A stretch of 36,567 nucleotides of DNA from a virus. Taxonomy: Duplodnaviria > Heunggongvirae > Uroviricota > Caudoviricetes. Where the stretch lies: IMG/VR virus record IMGVR_UViG_2671180349_000007. The stretch is one strand, 5' to 3'. Of this stretch, positions 21,472 to 31,525 are shown piece after piece; within the stretch, counting starts at the first letter, position 1, and every line of letters begins with the position of its first letter. Position numbers and translations under genes: made by a program. Under the pieces are notes generated by a model that saw only the letters and a program-made list of their open reading frames with translations, was not told the DNA's origin and did not search any database.

Positions 21472-21651
21472 ATGGCATGTAAATACAACAAATTGTCCCG
21501 TGAAGCGTTAAAGATGCTTCTTGATGGCGTGAGTCGCCGCGAGGTAAAGCAATACCTGGTTGGTAAGCAAATTGGTGCCAGGACCGCTATTGCTGTGTTA
21601 TGCCGTCAGGAAATGGTTGTGCTTAAACAGAGAATGCCGGGCAGCAGATAA
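21472..21651 (+). CDS. small post-doc protein (59 aa)
   Basis: GGAG RBS; sits where I recall P1 pdcA. Confidence 0.4.
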   Translation: MACKYNKLSREALKMLLDGVSRREVKQYLVGKQIGARTAIAVLCRQEMVVLKQRMPGSR

Positions 21652-21678
21652 AGCCCAATCAGTGATGAAAGGTGTGAT

Positions 21679-22722
21679 GTGAAAGCCGTAATTACTCCCT
21701 TTGTACAAAAAGAGCTTGGCGTCGCCACATTCAAAGTGGATCAGGAAGTCAGAAAGCTGGTGGAGGCTGGCCGTAAATTTATTATGGAGCCGGTGCCGCG
21801 TGAGTTAATCGAGCACATGGACGACGGCCTCGTTGTTTCCGAGCAAACTATGGCAACAAATGAGGCGTTGCAGCCGTTTTTTAACAGCGATGAACTGTTT
21901 CGCCGTATTGGTGGAATTGACTCGCTGGTGGCGTGGTTGCGCAGGAAAGAGGGGCAATGCCAGGCCGCAGATCGTAGCTGGTGTGACAACCATATTGTCC
22001 ACGCAGAACGAGACAATAGCGCGGTGTTGTTGTGCTGGCATCACGATAACCATTACCGGATGCGTGGTTTTAATGAGCTGAAAGAAACGCTGCATAATAA
22101 TCGCGTTAACTGGATACTGGATGTCGCCCGTCAGGAAATGGGGCTTTCAGATGGCCATGATTTAAGTATTCAGGAACTGTGCTGGTGGGCTTTCATGCGC
22201 AACATGATGCACCTGATGCCGGAAGAAGTTTGCCGTATATCAATAAATAAGATGAAAGCCGCAACGCAGGATAGCGGACCTCTGAAAGAGGCGGATATTC
22301 GCCCGTATGACGATCGCGCTACAGCATATGTTCAGATGATGGAAGAACGCGCCGCGCCGATGCGTGCAAAAGTATGCTCTGTGGATGTTGACTCCGACCC
22401 TGGCATGGCGCATTTCAAAATACCAAAACTGCAATCGCTAAAATTACCTGAGTACATGGACTTTGTTGCTTCCCGTCCATGCTGTGGGTGTGGAGCGGCG
22501 GGAGCTGGCGCTCACATTACGCCTTATATCGTTCGTCATAGTCGATTATGCGCGCATGACATTTACGCAATTCCTCTGTGCCAGTCATGCCAGCGTGATA
22601 TTGAGCGTGACCGCGATAATTGGGAGAAGACGCACGGTAGGCTGGCGATGCATCAACGATTGTTCTTTGATTACGCGCTTGGAGTCGGCGCTATCACAAG
22701 TCACTCGTCGAGCGTTAGATAA
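21679..22722 (+). CDS. Cys/His-rich protein (347 aa), pdcB-position
   Basis: GTG start; clusters CDNHIVH, CWHHDNH, CCGCG, CQSCQ suggest metal binding. Confidence 0.55.
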   Translation: MKAVITPFVQKELGVATFKVDQEVRKLVEAGRKFIMEPVPRELIEHMDDGLVVSEQTMATNEALQPFFNSDELFRRIGGIDSLVAWLRRKEGQCQAADRSWCDNHIVHAERDNSAVLLCWHHDNHYRMRGFNELKETLHNNRVNWILDVARQEMGLSDGHDLSIQELCWWAFMRNMMHLMPEEVCRISINKMKAATQDSGPLKEADIRPYDDRATAYVQMMEERAAPMRAKVCSVDVDSDPGMAHFKIPKLQSLKLPEYMDFVASRPCCGCGAAGAGAHITPYIVRHSRLCAHDIYAIPLCQSCQRDIERDRDNWEKTHGRLAMHQRLFFDYALGVGAITSHSSSVR

Positions 22723-22723
22723 A

Positions 22724-22762
22724 ATTGCTCTAATGTATTGCTATTTCTTTAATAGAGGGTAT
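22724..22762. promoter_or_regulatory. C1 operator pair upstream of lpa
   Basis: ATTGCTCTAATGTATTG plus an inverted partial site TTTAATAGAGGG. Confidence 0.5.
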
Positions 22763-22810
22763 TATATTCCACGTTGATTAGTTGACATGGGCTAATCAGT
22801 AGGTGACAGG

Positions 22811-23263
22811 ATGTTACTTAACTGGCAGGGACGCCACTTCATGGAAATAAATCACTCACGAATAACATCGTATGAGATTGCGGATTACATGATCCGCACT
22901 AAGTCTCTTCTATCAGCGAAAGAACTCGCAGCAATCCTTGAAAAGGAATACCCGCATCTGGATGTCGATAAGCGCGACGTTTATCTGCGCTTAAAGGCTA
23001 TCGCTGTGTCTAAGTATTCGTCTGTTTTGATTGATGACAGTACACGCCCACGTAGATTTCAGATCCACTCTTTGAATCCTGAATTCTTTCGCCGCAGCCG
23101 CGCGCCGCGCCGGTTTGATGAAAAACTCCAGAACGAACTCTATATGACGCAGGACGAAAAGGAACGCCGGGAGCACCAGCCTTGGGTAATGGCGCGTCAA
23201 CTTTTCAATAAGGTGGCCCGTCAGCACCGTCATTACGGTAATGCCACATCCGCACGTATCTGA
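22811..23263 (+). CDS. lpa: late promoter activator Lpa
   Basis: 150-aa ORF, C1-controlled, immediately upstream of pacA, as in P1. Confidence 0.7.
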   Translation: MLLNWQGRHFMEINHSRITSYEIADYMIRTKSLLSAKELAAILEKEYPHLDVDKRDVYLRLKAIAVSKYSSVLIDDSTRPRRFQIHSLNPEFFRRSRAPRRFDEKLQNELYMTQDEKERREHQPWVMARQLFNKVARQHRHYGNATSARI

Positions 23264-23348
23264 TTGATTGCTTGCCCGTTCCGGGCCTTTTGACATGTGA
23301 CTTTCGTTACCCTCGCGTCAAAAAGAGTTTTTACGAAAGGAAGCATAA

Positions 23349-24542
23349 GTGACCTGGGACGATCACAAGAAGAATTTTGCTCGCCTGGCGCGAGATGGTG
23401 GTTACACCATCGCACAGTATGCCGCCGAGTTTAATCTTAACCCTAATACCGCACGTCGTTATCTCCGTGCCTTCAAAGAAGACACTAGGACTGCGGACAG
23501 CCGCAAGCCAAATAAGCCAGTCAGGAAGCCACTAAAAAGCATGATCATTGATCACTCTAATGATCAACATGCAGGTGATCATATTGCGGCTGAAATAGCG
23601 GAAAAACAGAGAGTTAATGCCGTTGTCAGTGCCGCAGTCGAGAATGCGAAGCGCCAAAATAAGCGCATAAATGATCGTTCAGATGATCATGACGTGATCA
23701 CCCGCGCCCACCGGACCTTACGTGATCGCCTGGAACGCGACACCCTGGATGATGATGGTGAACGCTTTGAATTCGAAGCTGGCGATTACCTGATAGATAA
23801 CGTTGAAGCGCGGAAGGCCGCGCGCGCTATGTTGCGTCGGTCCGGGGCCGATGTTCTGGAAACCACTCTTCTTGAAAAGTCTCTTTCTCATCTCCTTATG
23901 CTGGAGAACGCCAGGGATACGTGTATTCGCCTGGTGCAGGAAATGCGCGATCAGCAAAAAGACGATGATGAAGGTACTCCGCCTGAATACCGTATCGCGA
24001 GCATGCTAAACAGCTGTTCCGCGCAGATAAGCAGCCTGATCAACACCATTTACAGCATCCGGAATAACTATCGAAAAGAAAGCCGGGAGGCGGAAAAGCA
24101 CGCTTTGTCTATGGGGCAAGCTGGCATTGTTAAGCTGGCATACGAACGAAAGCGTGAAAATAACTGGTCAGTGCTGGAAGCAGCTGAATTCATCGAGGCG
24201 CATGGTGGGAAAGTTCCGCCCCTGATGCTGGAGCAAATCAAAGCCGATCTGCGTGCTCCTAAGACCAATACTGATGATGAGGAAAGGCAAACAGCCGTCG
24301 GTGGCCCTTCTCTTGAAGATCTGGATAAAGTTGCGCGAGAACGGGCCGCCAACCGCCGCGCCGATGCCGCATTGTGGATTGAGCAGCGTAGGGAAGAAAT
24401 CGCCGATATCGTTGATACAGGCGGTTATGGAGATGTTGATACTGAAGGTGTATCAAACGACCCATGGCTGGAACAAGACCTGGACGAAGACGAGGAGGAA
24501 GACGAAGAAGTTACCCGCAAGCTATACGGGGATGATGATTAA
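23349..24542 (+). CDS. pacA: pacase subunit PacA
   Basis: 397-aa protein starting [18 protein letters not shown] (GTG start); contains the pac site; acidic C-terminal tail. Confidence 0.9.
   Translation: MTWDDHKKNFARLARDGGYTIAQYAAEFNLNPNTARRYLRAFKEDTRTADSRKPNKPVRKPLKSMIIDHSNDQHAGDHIAAEIAEKQRVNAVVSAAVENAKRQNKRINDRSDDHDVITRAHRTLRDRLERDTLDDDGERFEFEAGDYLIDNVEARKAARAMLRRSGADVLETTLLEKSLSHLLMLENARDTCIRLVQEMRDQQKDDDEGTPPEYRIASMLNSCSAQISSLINTIYSIRNNYRKESREAEKHALSMGQAGIVKLAYERKRENNWSVLEAAEFIEAHGGKVPPLMLEQIKADLRAPKTNTDDEERQTAVGGPSLEDLDKVARERAANRRADAALWIEQRREEIADIVDTGGYGDVDTEGVSNDPWLEQDLDEDEEEDEEVTRKLYGDDD
23542..23700. other. pac packaging site
   Basis: Four TGATCA hexamers (23542-23581) and three TGATC(A/G) hexamers (23672-23700) flanking the cleavage region, inside pacA; seven Dam sites. 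Confidence 0.85.
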
Positions 24543-26026
24543 TGGCCAGAAGTTGCGTAACGGATCCACGTTGGCGCGAGCTGGTGGCGCTATATCGTTA
24601 TGACTGGATTGCTGCCGCTGATGTTTTGTTCGGCAAAACACCTACCTGGCAGCAGGATCTGATTATTGAGTCTGTGCAGGAACAGGGTAGCAAGACATCT
24701 GTTTCGTCTGGTCACGGTACCGGGAAATCAGACATGACTTCTATCATGATCATGTTGTTCATAATCATGTATCCCGGTGCCCGCGCCATTATCGTTGCGA
24801 ACAAAATTCAGCAGGTAATGACCGGTATATTCAAGTACATCAAGATAAACTGGGCTACTGCCACCAGCCGTTTTCCATGGCTTGCTGATTATTTTGTTCT
24901 GACAGAAACCGCTTTCTATGAGGTTACTGGTAAAGGTGTATGGACTGTAGTACCGAAGGGCTTTCGTCTGGGAAGTGAAGAAGCTCTCGCCGGTGAACAC
25001 GCAGATCATCTTCTGTATATTATCGATGAAGCCTCCGGTGTCAGTGATAGAGCTTTCGGTATCATCACTGGTGCTCTTACCGGACAGGATAACCGCATCT
25101 TATTACTGTCACAGCCTACACGCCCAAGCGGCTATTTCTACGATACTCACCATAAACTGGCCAAGCGTCCTGGTAACCCTGATGGCGTTTATACGGCGAT
25201 CACGCTTAACAGTGAGGAATCACCGTTGGTAACGCCAGCATTTATCAAAATGAAGCTGGCGGAGTACGGCGGGCGTGATAACCCTATGTACATGATTAAG
25301 GTACGCGGCCTATTCCCTAAATCACAGGATGGCTTCCTTCTTGGACGTGATGAGGTTGAACGTGCAACGCGGCGGAAAGTCAAGATTGCCAAAGGATGGG
25401 GCTGGCTTGCATGTGTGGACGTTGCTGGTGGTACGGGACGGGATAAGTCCGTTATCAATATCATGATGGTGTCCGGCCAGCGAAATAAACGCCGTGTAAT
25501 CAACTATCGAATGCTGGAATACACAGACGTTACAGAAACGCAGCTTGCCGCCAAAATTTTCGCAGAATGTAATCCTGAGCGATTCCCAAATATCACCATA
25601 GCGATAGACGGCGATGGCCTGGGTAAAGCAACGGCGGATCTGATGTACGAGTATTATGGTATTACCGTACAGCGTATACGCTGGGGTAAAAAGATGCATA
25701 GCCGTGAAGATAAGAGCCTGTACTTTGATAAACGTGCTTATGCCAACGTTCAAGCCGCAGAGGCCGTAAAATCTGGTCGCATGAGACTGGATAAGGGTAA
25801 TGAAACTATTGAGGAAGCGTCGAAAATCCCTGTAGGGATTAACTCCGCAGGTCAATGGAAGGTGATGTCAAAGGAAGATATGAAGAAAAAACTCAACCTG
25901 CACTCACCGGACCATTGGGATACATATTGTTTCGCTATGTTGGCGAACTATGTTCCCCAAGATGAAGTGCTTAGCGTCGAAGACGAAGCGCAGGTTGATG
26001 AAGCTCTGGCATGGCTTAATGAGTAA
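24542..26026 (+). CDS. pacB: pacase/terminase large subunit PacB
   Basis: 494-aa ORF translationally coupled to pacA (ATGA overlap). Confidence 0.9.
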   Translation: MARSCVTDPRWRELVALYRYDWIAAADVLFGKTPTWQQDLIIESVQEQGSKTSVSSGHGTGKSDMTSIMIMLFIIMYPGARAIIVANKIQQVMTGIFKYIKINWATATSRFPWLADYFVLTETAFYEVTGKGVWTVVPKGFRLGSEEALAGEHADHLLYIIDEASGVSDRAFGIITGALTGQDNRILLLSQPTRPSGYFYDTHHKLAKRPGNPDGVYTAITLNSEESPLVTPAFIKMKLAEYGGRDNPMYMIKVRGLFPKSQDGFLLGRDEVERATRRKVKIAKGWGWLACVDVAGGTGRDKSVINIMMVSGQRNKRRVINYRMLEYTDVTETQLAAKIFAECNPERFPNITIAIDGDGLGKATADLMYEYYGITVQRIRWGKKMHSREDKSLYFDKRAYANVQAAEAVKSGRMRLDKGNETIEEASKIPVGINSAGQWKVMSKEDMKKKLNLHSPDHWDTYCFAMLANYVPQDEVLSVEDEAQVDEALAWLNE

Positions 26027-26028
26027 AA

Positions 26029-26045
26029 ACTTGCTCTAATAAATT
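26029..26045 (+). promoter_or_regulatory. C1 operator at the start of the ImmI-like region
   Basis: CTTGCTCTAATAAATTG, 15/17 match to consensus, 3 nt after the pacB stop. Confidence 0.55.
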
Positions 26046-26178
26046 GTGTTTTTTGACTGCCGATGTTACATTGAACCTGACCTCTTGCGCCTTGAGGCAT
26101 TTTCGGTTTATGCTTATCAGGCACCTCAGTAAAACGGGTGCCGGGATTGGAACCCCGGATAATGTCAAAGGCGACACA

Positions 26179-26200
26179 GACGCCAAAAGCGTCTTTTTTT
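26179..26200 (+). terminator. intrinsic terminator or attenuator
   Basis: GACGC-caaaa-GCGTC followed by seven T residues. Confidence 0.55.
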
Positions 26201-26224
26201 GTGTCATGCCATCGCACGGCCATA

Positions 26225-26320
26225 CGTAGCGTTTAGCTCAGAGATCAATGGTAGTGCTGGCTGGGCTGCCGAAAGGCAGGCCGGTTCCCTTTGACGCCGG
26301 TAGTTCCAACCCAGTCAGTG
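26225..26320 (+). ncRNA. c4-like antisense regulatory RNA (boundaries approximate)
   Basis: Multi-stem structure (ctggg...cccag enclosing a GAAA-tetraloop hairpin and a ccgg hairpin) exposing GTTCCAA/GGTTCC, complementary to the two GATTGGAACC loops at 26145-26154 and 26334-26343; position upstream of icd-ant as in P1 ImmI. Confidence 0.3.
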
Positions 26321-26385
26321 CTACCGCCATTGAGATTGGAACCTCACGCGGTAGCTCCTTAACTTAGTCAAAGGAGGCTGCCATT

Positions 26386-26607
26386 ATGGCTACTATCCCT
26401 ACCCCAACTCATCCTGAATTTATCTGGCGCTTTTACTCCTGCCAGAAACGTCACTATCACTTCGTTATTGCACCGACAGAAGATGAGGCTCGCTCTCAGC
26501 TTCCTGATGCACCCTGTATTTTCTCCGCCCGTTTTTCTACTGATTCGCGCAATTCTCTCAGTTACTGGTGCCTCCCTGTTAACACTTCTGCTCAGGAGGG
26601 ACTATGA
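26386..26607 (+). CDS. icd: Icd-like protein (73 aa)
   Basis: AAGGAGG RBS; 73-aa ORF overlapping the ant start (ATGA), the P1 ImmI arrangement. Confidence 0.55.
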   Translation: MATIPTPTHPEFIWRFYSCQKRHYHFVIAPTEDEARSQLPDAPCIFSARFSTDSRNSLSYWCLPVNTSAQEGL

Positions 26608-27659
26608 GAACGTCATTAGTCACCCGTGAAGAGATGATCGAGGCAATTGAACAGCACACTGCCTGTATCAGTACCAGGGATATACCGGGCGTTATTGCCA
26701 ACTACTTCATGATCACCAAACAACTTTACCGGAGAAAGGACAAGAACGCTGTTCACCGCATTCTGTTGTCTGATATCCGCGAATACCTGCTCGAACAGGG
26801 GCATCTGAATTACGCAACCGTCGCAGCCGAAACACGCAAGGAGGCACACAGAATGAAAGCAAGCAAACCAGATGTTGTCGTTACAAAGCCTTTGACAGCA
26901 ACCACACCAGCACCGGTCATGGATGCTATCCCCAACACCGGAGACACAATCGACAGCCAGACGCTGTTAAAGATGGTTAATGAGGCGCGTAAGTTATGTG
27001 GGGAACCATTAGTAAGAAATAATAAGTTTATTGAGAAGGTTGTGGATGAGCTTGAAGGTGAGACCTACACAAAAAGTGTAGGTCGCAAAAATGGTGCAAA
27101 CATAGACATTATCACCATGACTTTCAAACAAGCCCTGCGAGTCGCCGCGCGCGAGTCAAAAGCGGTCCGCCGTTCGCTGATCGACAAGCTGGAGGAGTTG
27201 CAGCAGGTTAGCGCTGCTTCTCCAGCGATCCCCCAAACATTGCCCGAAGCTCTGCGCCTGGCTGCCGAACTGGCTGAACAAAAGCAACTTCTGGAACAGA
27301 AAGCCCACCAGCTAAATCAGCAGCTGGTGGCCGCAGCCCCCAAAGTCGATTTTGCCGACCGGGTATCAGTGGCTAAGGGGATCCTGATTGGAAATTTTGC
27401 AAAGGTTGTTGGACTTAAGCAAAACGCGCTGTTTGCCTGGTTACGGGAGAACGGCATCCTGATTGCGTCCGGCGGACGTAAAAATGTGCCATTCCAGCAG
27501 TACATCAACGCCGGGTATTTCACTGTGAAAGAAGTGGTGCTAGATGATGAAGATGGCTACCAGATACGGCTGACGCCTCAATTAACGGGGAAAGGCCAGC
27601 AGTGGTTGACGCGTAAGCTGCTCGATGCTGGCTTGTTAAAACCGGTGGCGGCTGAATAA
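26604..27659 (+). CDS. ant: antirepressor Ant, KilAC-type C-terminal domain
   Basis: 351-aa ORF coupled to icd; C-terminal ILIGNFAKVVGLKQNALFAWLRENGIL region typical of phage antirepressors. Confidence 0.7.
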   Translation: MRTSLVTREEMIEAIEQHTACISTRDIPGVIANYFMITKQLYRRKDKNAVHRILLSDIREYLLEQGHLNYATVAAETRKEAHRMKASKPDVVVTKPLTATTPAPVMDAIPNTGDTIDSQTLLKMVNEARKLCGEPLVRNNKFIEKVVDELEGETYTKSVGRKNGANIDIITMTFKQALRVAARESKAVRRSLIDKLEELQQVSAASPAIPQTLPEALRLAAELAEQKQLLEQKAHQLNQQLVAAAPKVDFADRVSVAKGILIGNFAKVVGLKQNALFAWLRENGILIASGGRKNVPFQQYINAGYFTVKEVVLDDEDGYQIRLTPQLTGKGQQWLTRKLLDAGLLKPVAAE

Positions 27660-27666
27660 TGGAAGA

Positions 27667-27688
27667 ATGCCCGGTTGATGCCGGGCAT
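27667..27688. terminator. hairpin between convergent ant and c1
   Basis: ATGCCCGG-ttgatg-CCGGGCAT followed by an A/T-rich stretch. Confidence 0.45.
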
Positions 27689-27691
27689 AAT

Positions 27692-28543
27692 TTATTGCGC
27701 GCTTTCGGGGTTGTCGTTTACTGGCTGCCCCTTCTTAGTTTTACGGCTGCGCGTAACTGATGCGGCTGACTTAACCTTTTTCTCTTCGCGAGTGATGGCA
27801 ATTTGTTTTTTTACATTTTCAATATCTGCCAGGCGATATATTTTTGCCTGCGGCCAGCGGTCGCAGATGATCGGTTCTATGGAGTCATAAAGGCTAAATT
27901 TTGCTTTCTCGAATTCACCGTTGATGATGATTCCATCACGGAGAGTTTCATCGCAGATAAACACGCCACACAGCGGCACATGGTAACTAACTGATTTACC
28001 GTTATTGTAGTTAGGACTACTGGAGATGTAGTGAACGCGCAGCATTGTTTCGCTAAAGCCGTGTACGCGCATACGGAATTTTTCATCCTCCGGGTACTGC
28101 TTCATTAGCTCTTTTGTTGCTTCCAGGTTCTCTATGTATTTCGCACTGTGCTCATTGAACCCCGCGCTTTTTTGGATGCGAATGTCCTTATCAATCAGAT
28201 GAATAATGCGGCCAGCGGTCATGTTGACGCTGTTTACAGCTTCTGTCTGATAGGTCGTAACCTTACGCACACCGCGAAGGATGTTAGGCACAGGATATAA
28301 AATAGTCTTTGGGATATTTAGGTCTGGGTACTGTTCCAGTTCCCGCGCCATTAAAGTCCATTTATCAATTTCAGCCTGAATGCTGTCCGTTTCTTTGAAC
28401 GGCAGAACGACAACCGGGCGTACAGGACGACCGTCGCTGGCGGCATCAACGTGTTGGGCGCGTGCAACAGCTTTTTTTAGAAAGAGATCCCTGAAGCTGA
28501 CGAACTCCTGGTACAGTTGTTCGCCGTAGACATAATTTATCAT
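27692..28543 (-). CDS. c1: C1 master repressor
   Basis: 283-aa protein MINYVYGEQLYQEFVSFRDLFLKKAVARAQHVDAASDGRPVRPVVVLPFKE... recognised as P1 C1. Confidence 0.95.
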   Translation of the reverse strand: MINYVYGEQLYQEFVSFRDLFLKKAVARAQHVDAASDGRPVRPVVVLPFKETDSIQAEIDKWTLMARELEQYPDLNIPKTILYPVPNILRGVRKVTTYQTEAVNSVNMTAGRIIHLIDKDIRIQKSAGFNEHSAKYIENLEATKELMKQYPEDEKFRMRVHGFSETMLRVHYISSSPNYNNGKSVSYHVPLCGVFICDETLRDGIIINGEFEKAKFSLYDSIEPIICDRWPQAKIYRLADIENVKKQIAITREEKKVKSAASVTRSRKTKKGQPVNDNPESAQ

Positions 28544-28637
28544 TGATCCTCCTCCAGAATTGACATGGTCAATAACGCCCGGCTGAGAAAACCGGTCATT
28601 ACTGACCTATATTATAGAGGGATCAAACAAAAATAAT

Positions 28638-28654
28638 AGATTTATTAGTGCATT
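28638..28654 (-). promoter_or_regulatory. C1 operator between coi and c1 (Op99a-like)
   Basis: agatttattagtgcatt, a partial reverse-complement match to the operator consensus. Confidence 0.45.
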
Positions 28655-28863
28655 TATTGTGAGTCTAACTGGTTAGTTGCCATGAGATATTCGATTGTGT
28701 CAGTGAGGTCATCCAGGTCGTCTTGGGTGATGCGGTACTCCTGATTGGATATCTTTGAGTAGTGTTCAGCAATGGCGCGGGCAGCGTCGGTTTCGGCAGG
28801 GTCTACAGATAAAGCGTTAGAGCAATGTCTAACGTCGTCGATGGTTGGTTGAATGAAAGCCAT
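28654..28863 (-). CDS. coi: C1 inactivator Coi
   Basis: 69-aa ORF immediately upstream of c1 on the same strand; size and position as recalled for P1 coi. Confidence 0.8.
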   Translation of the reverse strand: MAFIQPTIDDVRHCSNALSVDPAETDAARAIAEHYSKISNQEYRITQDDLDDLTDTIEYLMATNQLDSQ

Positions 28864-29101
28864 AATTATGCCTCACTGTATTGACAACACAGAGCCTGAA
28901 GCTCTGACCTACTGTTTCACCCATGATCCATGCTGGGGTAATCTAACAACATTGCGCTGTGTGTAAGATGAGCAATGCATAGCTGTAATGCCGTTGTATA
29001 AGGTTTCCCTGTTTGCTCATTTCCTTCTGAGCCGCTCTACAACGCTGAAGACACATTAAATAGTGAATCCAAAGCCGTATTACGTAACGGCGGCAAAACT
29101 A

Positions 29102-29118
29102 TAATTTATTAGAGCAAT
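29102..29118 (-). promoter_or_regulatory. C1 operator upstream of coi (Op99 cluster)
   Basis: TAATTTATTAGAGCAAT, reverse complement of the consensus. Confidence 0.6.
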
Positions 29119-29184
29119 TGTCAAACAACTATGAAAAACAATCCAGTTTTTAGCTGGTGGAGTGGGATTTTTCTCTCAAAATTT

Positions 29185-29201
29185 ATTGCTCTAATGATTC
29201 T
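29185..29201 (+). promoter_or_regulatory. C1 operator upstream of coi (Op99 cluster)
   Basis: ATTGCTCTAATGATTCT. Confidence 0.6.
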
Positions 29202-29244
29202 TGATTTTTGTGCGCAGCTGGACGTAAACTCCTATTCGGACCTG

Positions 29245-29278
29245 ATAACTTCGTATAGCATACATTATACGAAGTTAT
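29245..29278. other. loxP recombination site
   Basis: Exact 34-bp ATAACTTCGTATA-GCATACAT-TATACGAAGTTAT. Confidence 0.98.
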
Positions 29279-29349
29279 CTTAAGGGTTATTGAACATGAT
29301 CAATTTACCTGTAAATCCATACAGTTCAATACCTTATCAGGTCAAATAG

Positions 29350-29371
29350 TGATCACTTGATCATTTGATCA
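29350..29371. promoter_or_regulatory. Dam-site cluster (three TGATCA hexamers at 8-bp spacing) in the cre upstream region
   Basis: TGATCACTTGATCATTTGATCA; consistent with methylation-sensitive cre promoter control described for P1. Confidence 0.5.
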
Positions 29372-29467
29372 AGGTTGCGCTACGTAAAATCTGCGAAATG
29401 TTGGCAGTGTTAGTGCTCCAGATTTCGCGTAGCGCACTTAGCACCACCAATCAATCAGAGGTGAAAA

Positions 29468-29689
29468 ATGGGATATTCAGCTGCTAAAGTGTCCACTCAT
29501 CTTGAGCTTGAGAAAAACCGTGGTTACTGGCGGGCAAAAGGGTTTGAGCGTGATAGTTACCAACTGTCATTATCTCGCGGCGAAGAGAAAATAGAACGCA
29601 CGCGCGGTCGCTGGCGTTTCTATGACGAGAACCATAACCAGGTAAAGGCAGAGCCAATCCTGTACACTCTGCTGAAAACAATAATTTAA
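29468..29689 (+). CDS. hypothetical basic protein (73 aa) between loxP and cre
   Basis: GAGGTG RBS; preceded by a long imperfect palindrome (29377-29435). Confidence 0.45.
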   Translation: MGYSAAKVSTHLELEKNRGYWRAKGFERDSYQLSLSRGEEKIERTRGRWRFYDENHNQVKAEPILYTLLKTII

Positions 29690-29708
29690 CTTGATCATGA
29701 GGTGATGA

Positions 29709-30104
29709 ATGTTTAATGGCCTGACAGATGCCAAGGTAAACGCCTTACTGAACGACGCAAAACAAAAAGCTGCTAACCCTGGAACGAATGAAAATGAACG
29801 TGCTATGGCTGTTGCAATTTGGGAGTTAGCAGAAGAAGTAAAGCGAAACCGCTTACTATACACTCGGGTTTACCAGCAATTTGATGGTGCGAGCTGGATA
29901 GATATCGAAGAGGCTGAATATGCAACATGCAAAAAAGAAAAAAAGATTGTTCGGATTTTGCATAAAGCAGCAACCCCAATCACTGTAGAAATCCCCGATC
30001 ACAGATATTTCGAGAACGATGATCTACCAGGGGATGTGATTCGAATTATTGATGAGATACTTCATGAACAAGGCTTAACTGTTAAAATTACGCATAATAA
30101 ATGA
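29709..30104 (+). CDS. hypothetical protein (131 aa) immediately upstream of cre
   Basis: ORF visibly more AT-rich than cre; its stop overlaps the cre ATG (ATGA). Confidence 0.5.
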   Translation: MFNGLTDAKVNALLNDAKQKAANPGTNENERAMAVAIWELAEEVKRNRLLYTRVYQQFDGASWIDIEEAEYATCKKEKKIVRILHKAATPITVEIPDHRYFENDDLPGDVIRIIDEILHEQGLTVKITHNK

Positions 30105-31132
30105 CTAATTCGTTAACCGTTCACCAAAATTTGCCTGCATTGCCGGTCGATGCAACGAGTGATGAGGTTCGCAAGAACCTGATGGACATGTTCAGGGATC
30201 GCCAGGCGTTTTCTGAGCATACCTGGAAAATGCTTCTGTCCGTTTGCCGGTCGTGGGCGGCATGGTGCAAGTTGAATAACCGGAAATGGTTTCCCGCAGA
30301 ACCTGAAGATGTTCGCGATTACCTTCTATATCTTCAGGCGCGTGGTCTGGCAGTAAAAACTATCCAGCAACATTTGGGCCAGCTAAACATGCTTCATCGT
30401 CGGTCCGGGCTGCCACGACCAAGTGACAGCAATGCTGTTTCACTGGTCATGCGACGGATCCGAAAAGAAAACGTTGATGCCGGTGAGCGTGCAAAACAGG
30501 CGCTGGCGTTCGAACGCACTGATTTCGACCAGGTTCGTTCACTCATGGAAAATAGCGATCGCTGCCAGGATATACGTAATCTGGCATTTCTGGGGATTGC
30601 TTATAACACCCTGTTACGTATAGCCGAAATTTCCAGGATCAGGGTTAAAGATATCTCACGTACTGACGGTGGGAGAATGTTAATCCATATTGGCAGAACG
30701 AAAACGCTGATTAGCACCGCTGGTGTAGAGAAGGCACTTAGCCTCGGGGTAACTAAACTGGTTGAGCGATGGATTTCTGTCTCTGGTGTAGCTGATGATC
30801 CGAATAACTACCTGTTTTGCCGCGTCAGAAAAAATGGTGTTGCCGCGCCATCATCCACCAGCCAGCTATCAACTCGCGCCCTGGAAGGGATTTTTGAAGC
30901 AACTCACCGATTGATTTACGGGGCAAAAGATGACTCTGGTCAGCGATACCTGGCCTGGTCTGGACATAGTGCCCGTGTCGGTGCCGCGCGAGATATGGCC
31001 CGCGCCGGAGTTTCAATACCGGAGATCATGCAAGCTGGTGGCTGGACCAACGTAAATATTGTCATGAACTACATTCGTAACCTGGATAGTGAAACGGGGG
31101 CAATGGTGCGCCTGCTGGAAGATGGCGATTAG
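30101..31132 (+). CDS. cre: Cre site-specific tyrosine recombinase
   Basis: 343-aa protein nearly identical to P1 Cre (MTNSLTVHQNLPALPVDATSDEVRKNLMDMFRDRQAF...). Confidence 0.98.
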   Translation: MTNSLTVHQNLPALPVDATSDEVRKNLMDMFRDRQAFSEHTWKMLLSVCRSWAAWCKLNNRKWFPAEPEDVRDYLLYLQARGLAVKTIQQHLGQLNMLHRRSGLPRPSDSNAVSLVMRRIRKENVDAGERAKQALAFERTDFDQVRSLMENSDRCQDIRNLAFLGIAYNTLLRIAEISRIRVKDISRTDGGRMLIHIGRTKTLISTAGVEKALSLGVTKLVERWISVSGVADDPNNYLFCRVRKNGVAAPSSTSQLSTRALEGIFEATHRLIYGAKDDSGQRYLAWSGHSARVGAARDMARAGVSIPEIMQAGGWTNVNIVMNYIRNLDSETGAMVRLLEDGD

Positions 31133-31149
31133 CCGTTCATTTGCGCTTG

Positions 31150-31166
31150 ATTGCTCTAATCATTTG
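31150..31166 (+). promoter_or_regulatory. C1 operator downstream of cre
   Basis: ATTGCTCTAATCATTTG. Confidence 0.55.
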
Positions 31167-31182
31167 ATATTTATGGTGACAC

Positions 31183-31494
31183 ATGCGGAAGGATTTCAAA
31201 ATAGACGGAAAATATGTGGTGCTGTCTGTAAGCTCTCAAATTCAGTCACCATCTGTCATTGTCACCGTAAAGTTGAGCGATAGGATGCCTGATATCGACT
31301 CGATATCTGTTGCGTTCCCCGTTAAAAGCATGCGGAGTGCTGAACATTTTGTGATGAATGCAACGGAGGAGGAAGCACGGCGCGGGCTTACTAGAGTGAT
31401 GGCGGAATTTGGCGAACTCCTGGGTAAGGTAAACAATGCCCTTTCAATCAGTTCAGCAAGATCCAAAGCGTTAACAGCTTCCATGATGAAATAA
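31183..31494 (+). CDS. Cra-like (cre-associated) protein, 103 aa
   Basis: ORF directly downstream of cre and its operator; assignment by position only. Confidence 0.45.
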   Translation: MRKDFKIDGKYVVLSVSSQIQSPSVIVTVKLSDRMPDIDSISVAFPVKSMRSAEHFVMNATEEEARRGLTRVMAEFGELLGKVNNALSISSARSKALTASMMK

Positions 31495-31500
31495 AAAAAA

Positions 31501-31525
31501 GCCTGGCAAGGAGCCAGGCTGCACA
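31501..31525 (-). terminator. hairpin with T-run on the minus strand
   Basis: GCCTGGC-aagga-GCCAGGC preceded by eight A residues on the plus strand. Confidence 0.4.

Noticed and set aside
23555-23566. Operator-like CTCTAATGATCA within pacA
   Set aside because: It matches only the operator core and is part of the pac hexamer array; the resemblance is probably coincidental.
24470-24540. GAAGA/GAGGA-rich stretch
   Set aside because: It is the acidic C-terminal tail of PacA (DEDEEEDEE) and is coding low complexity.
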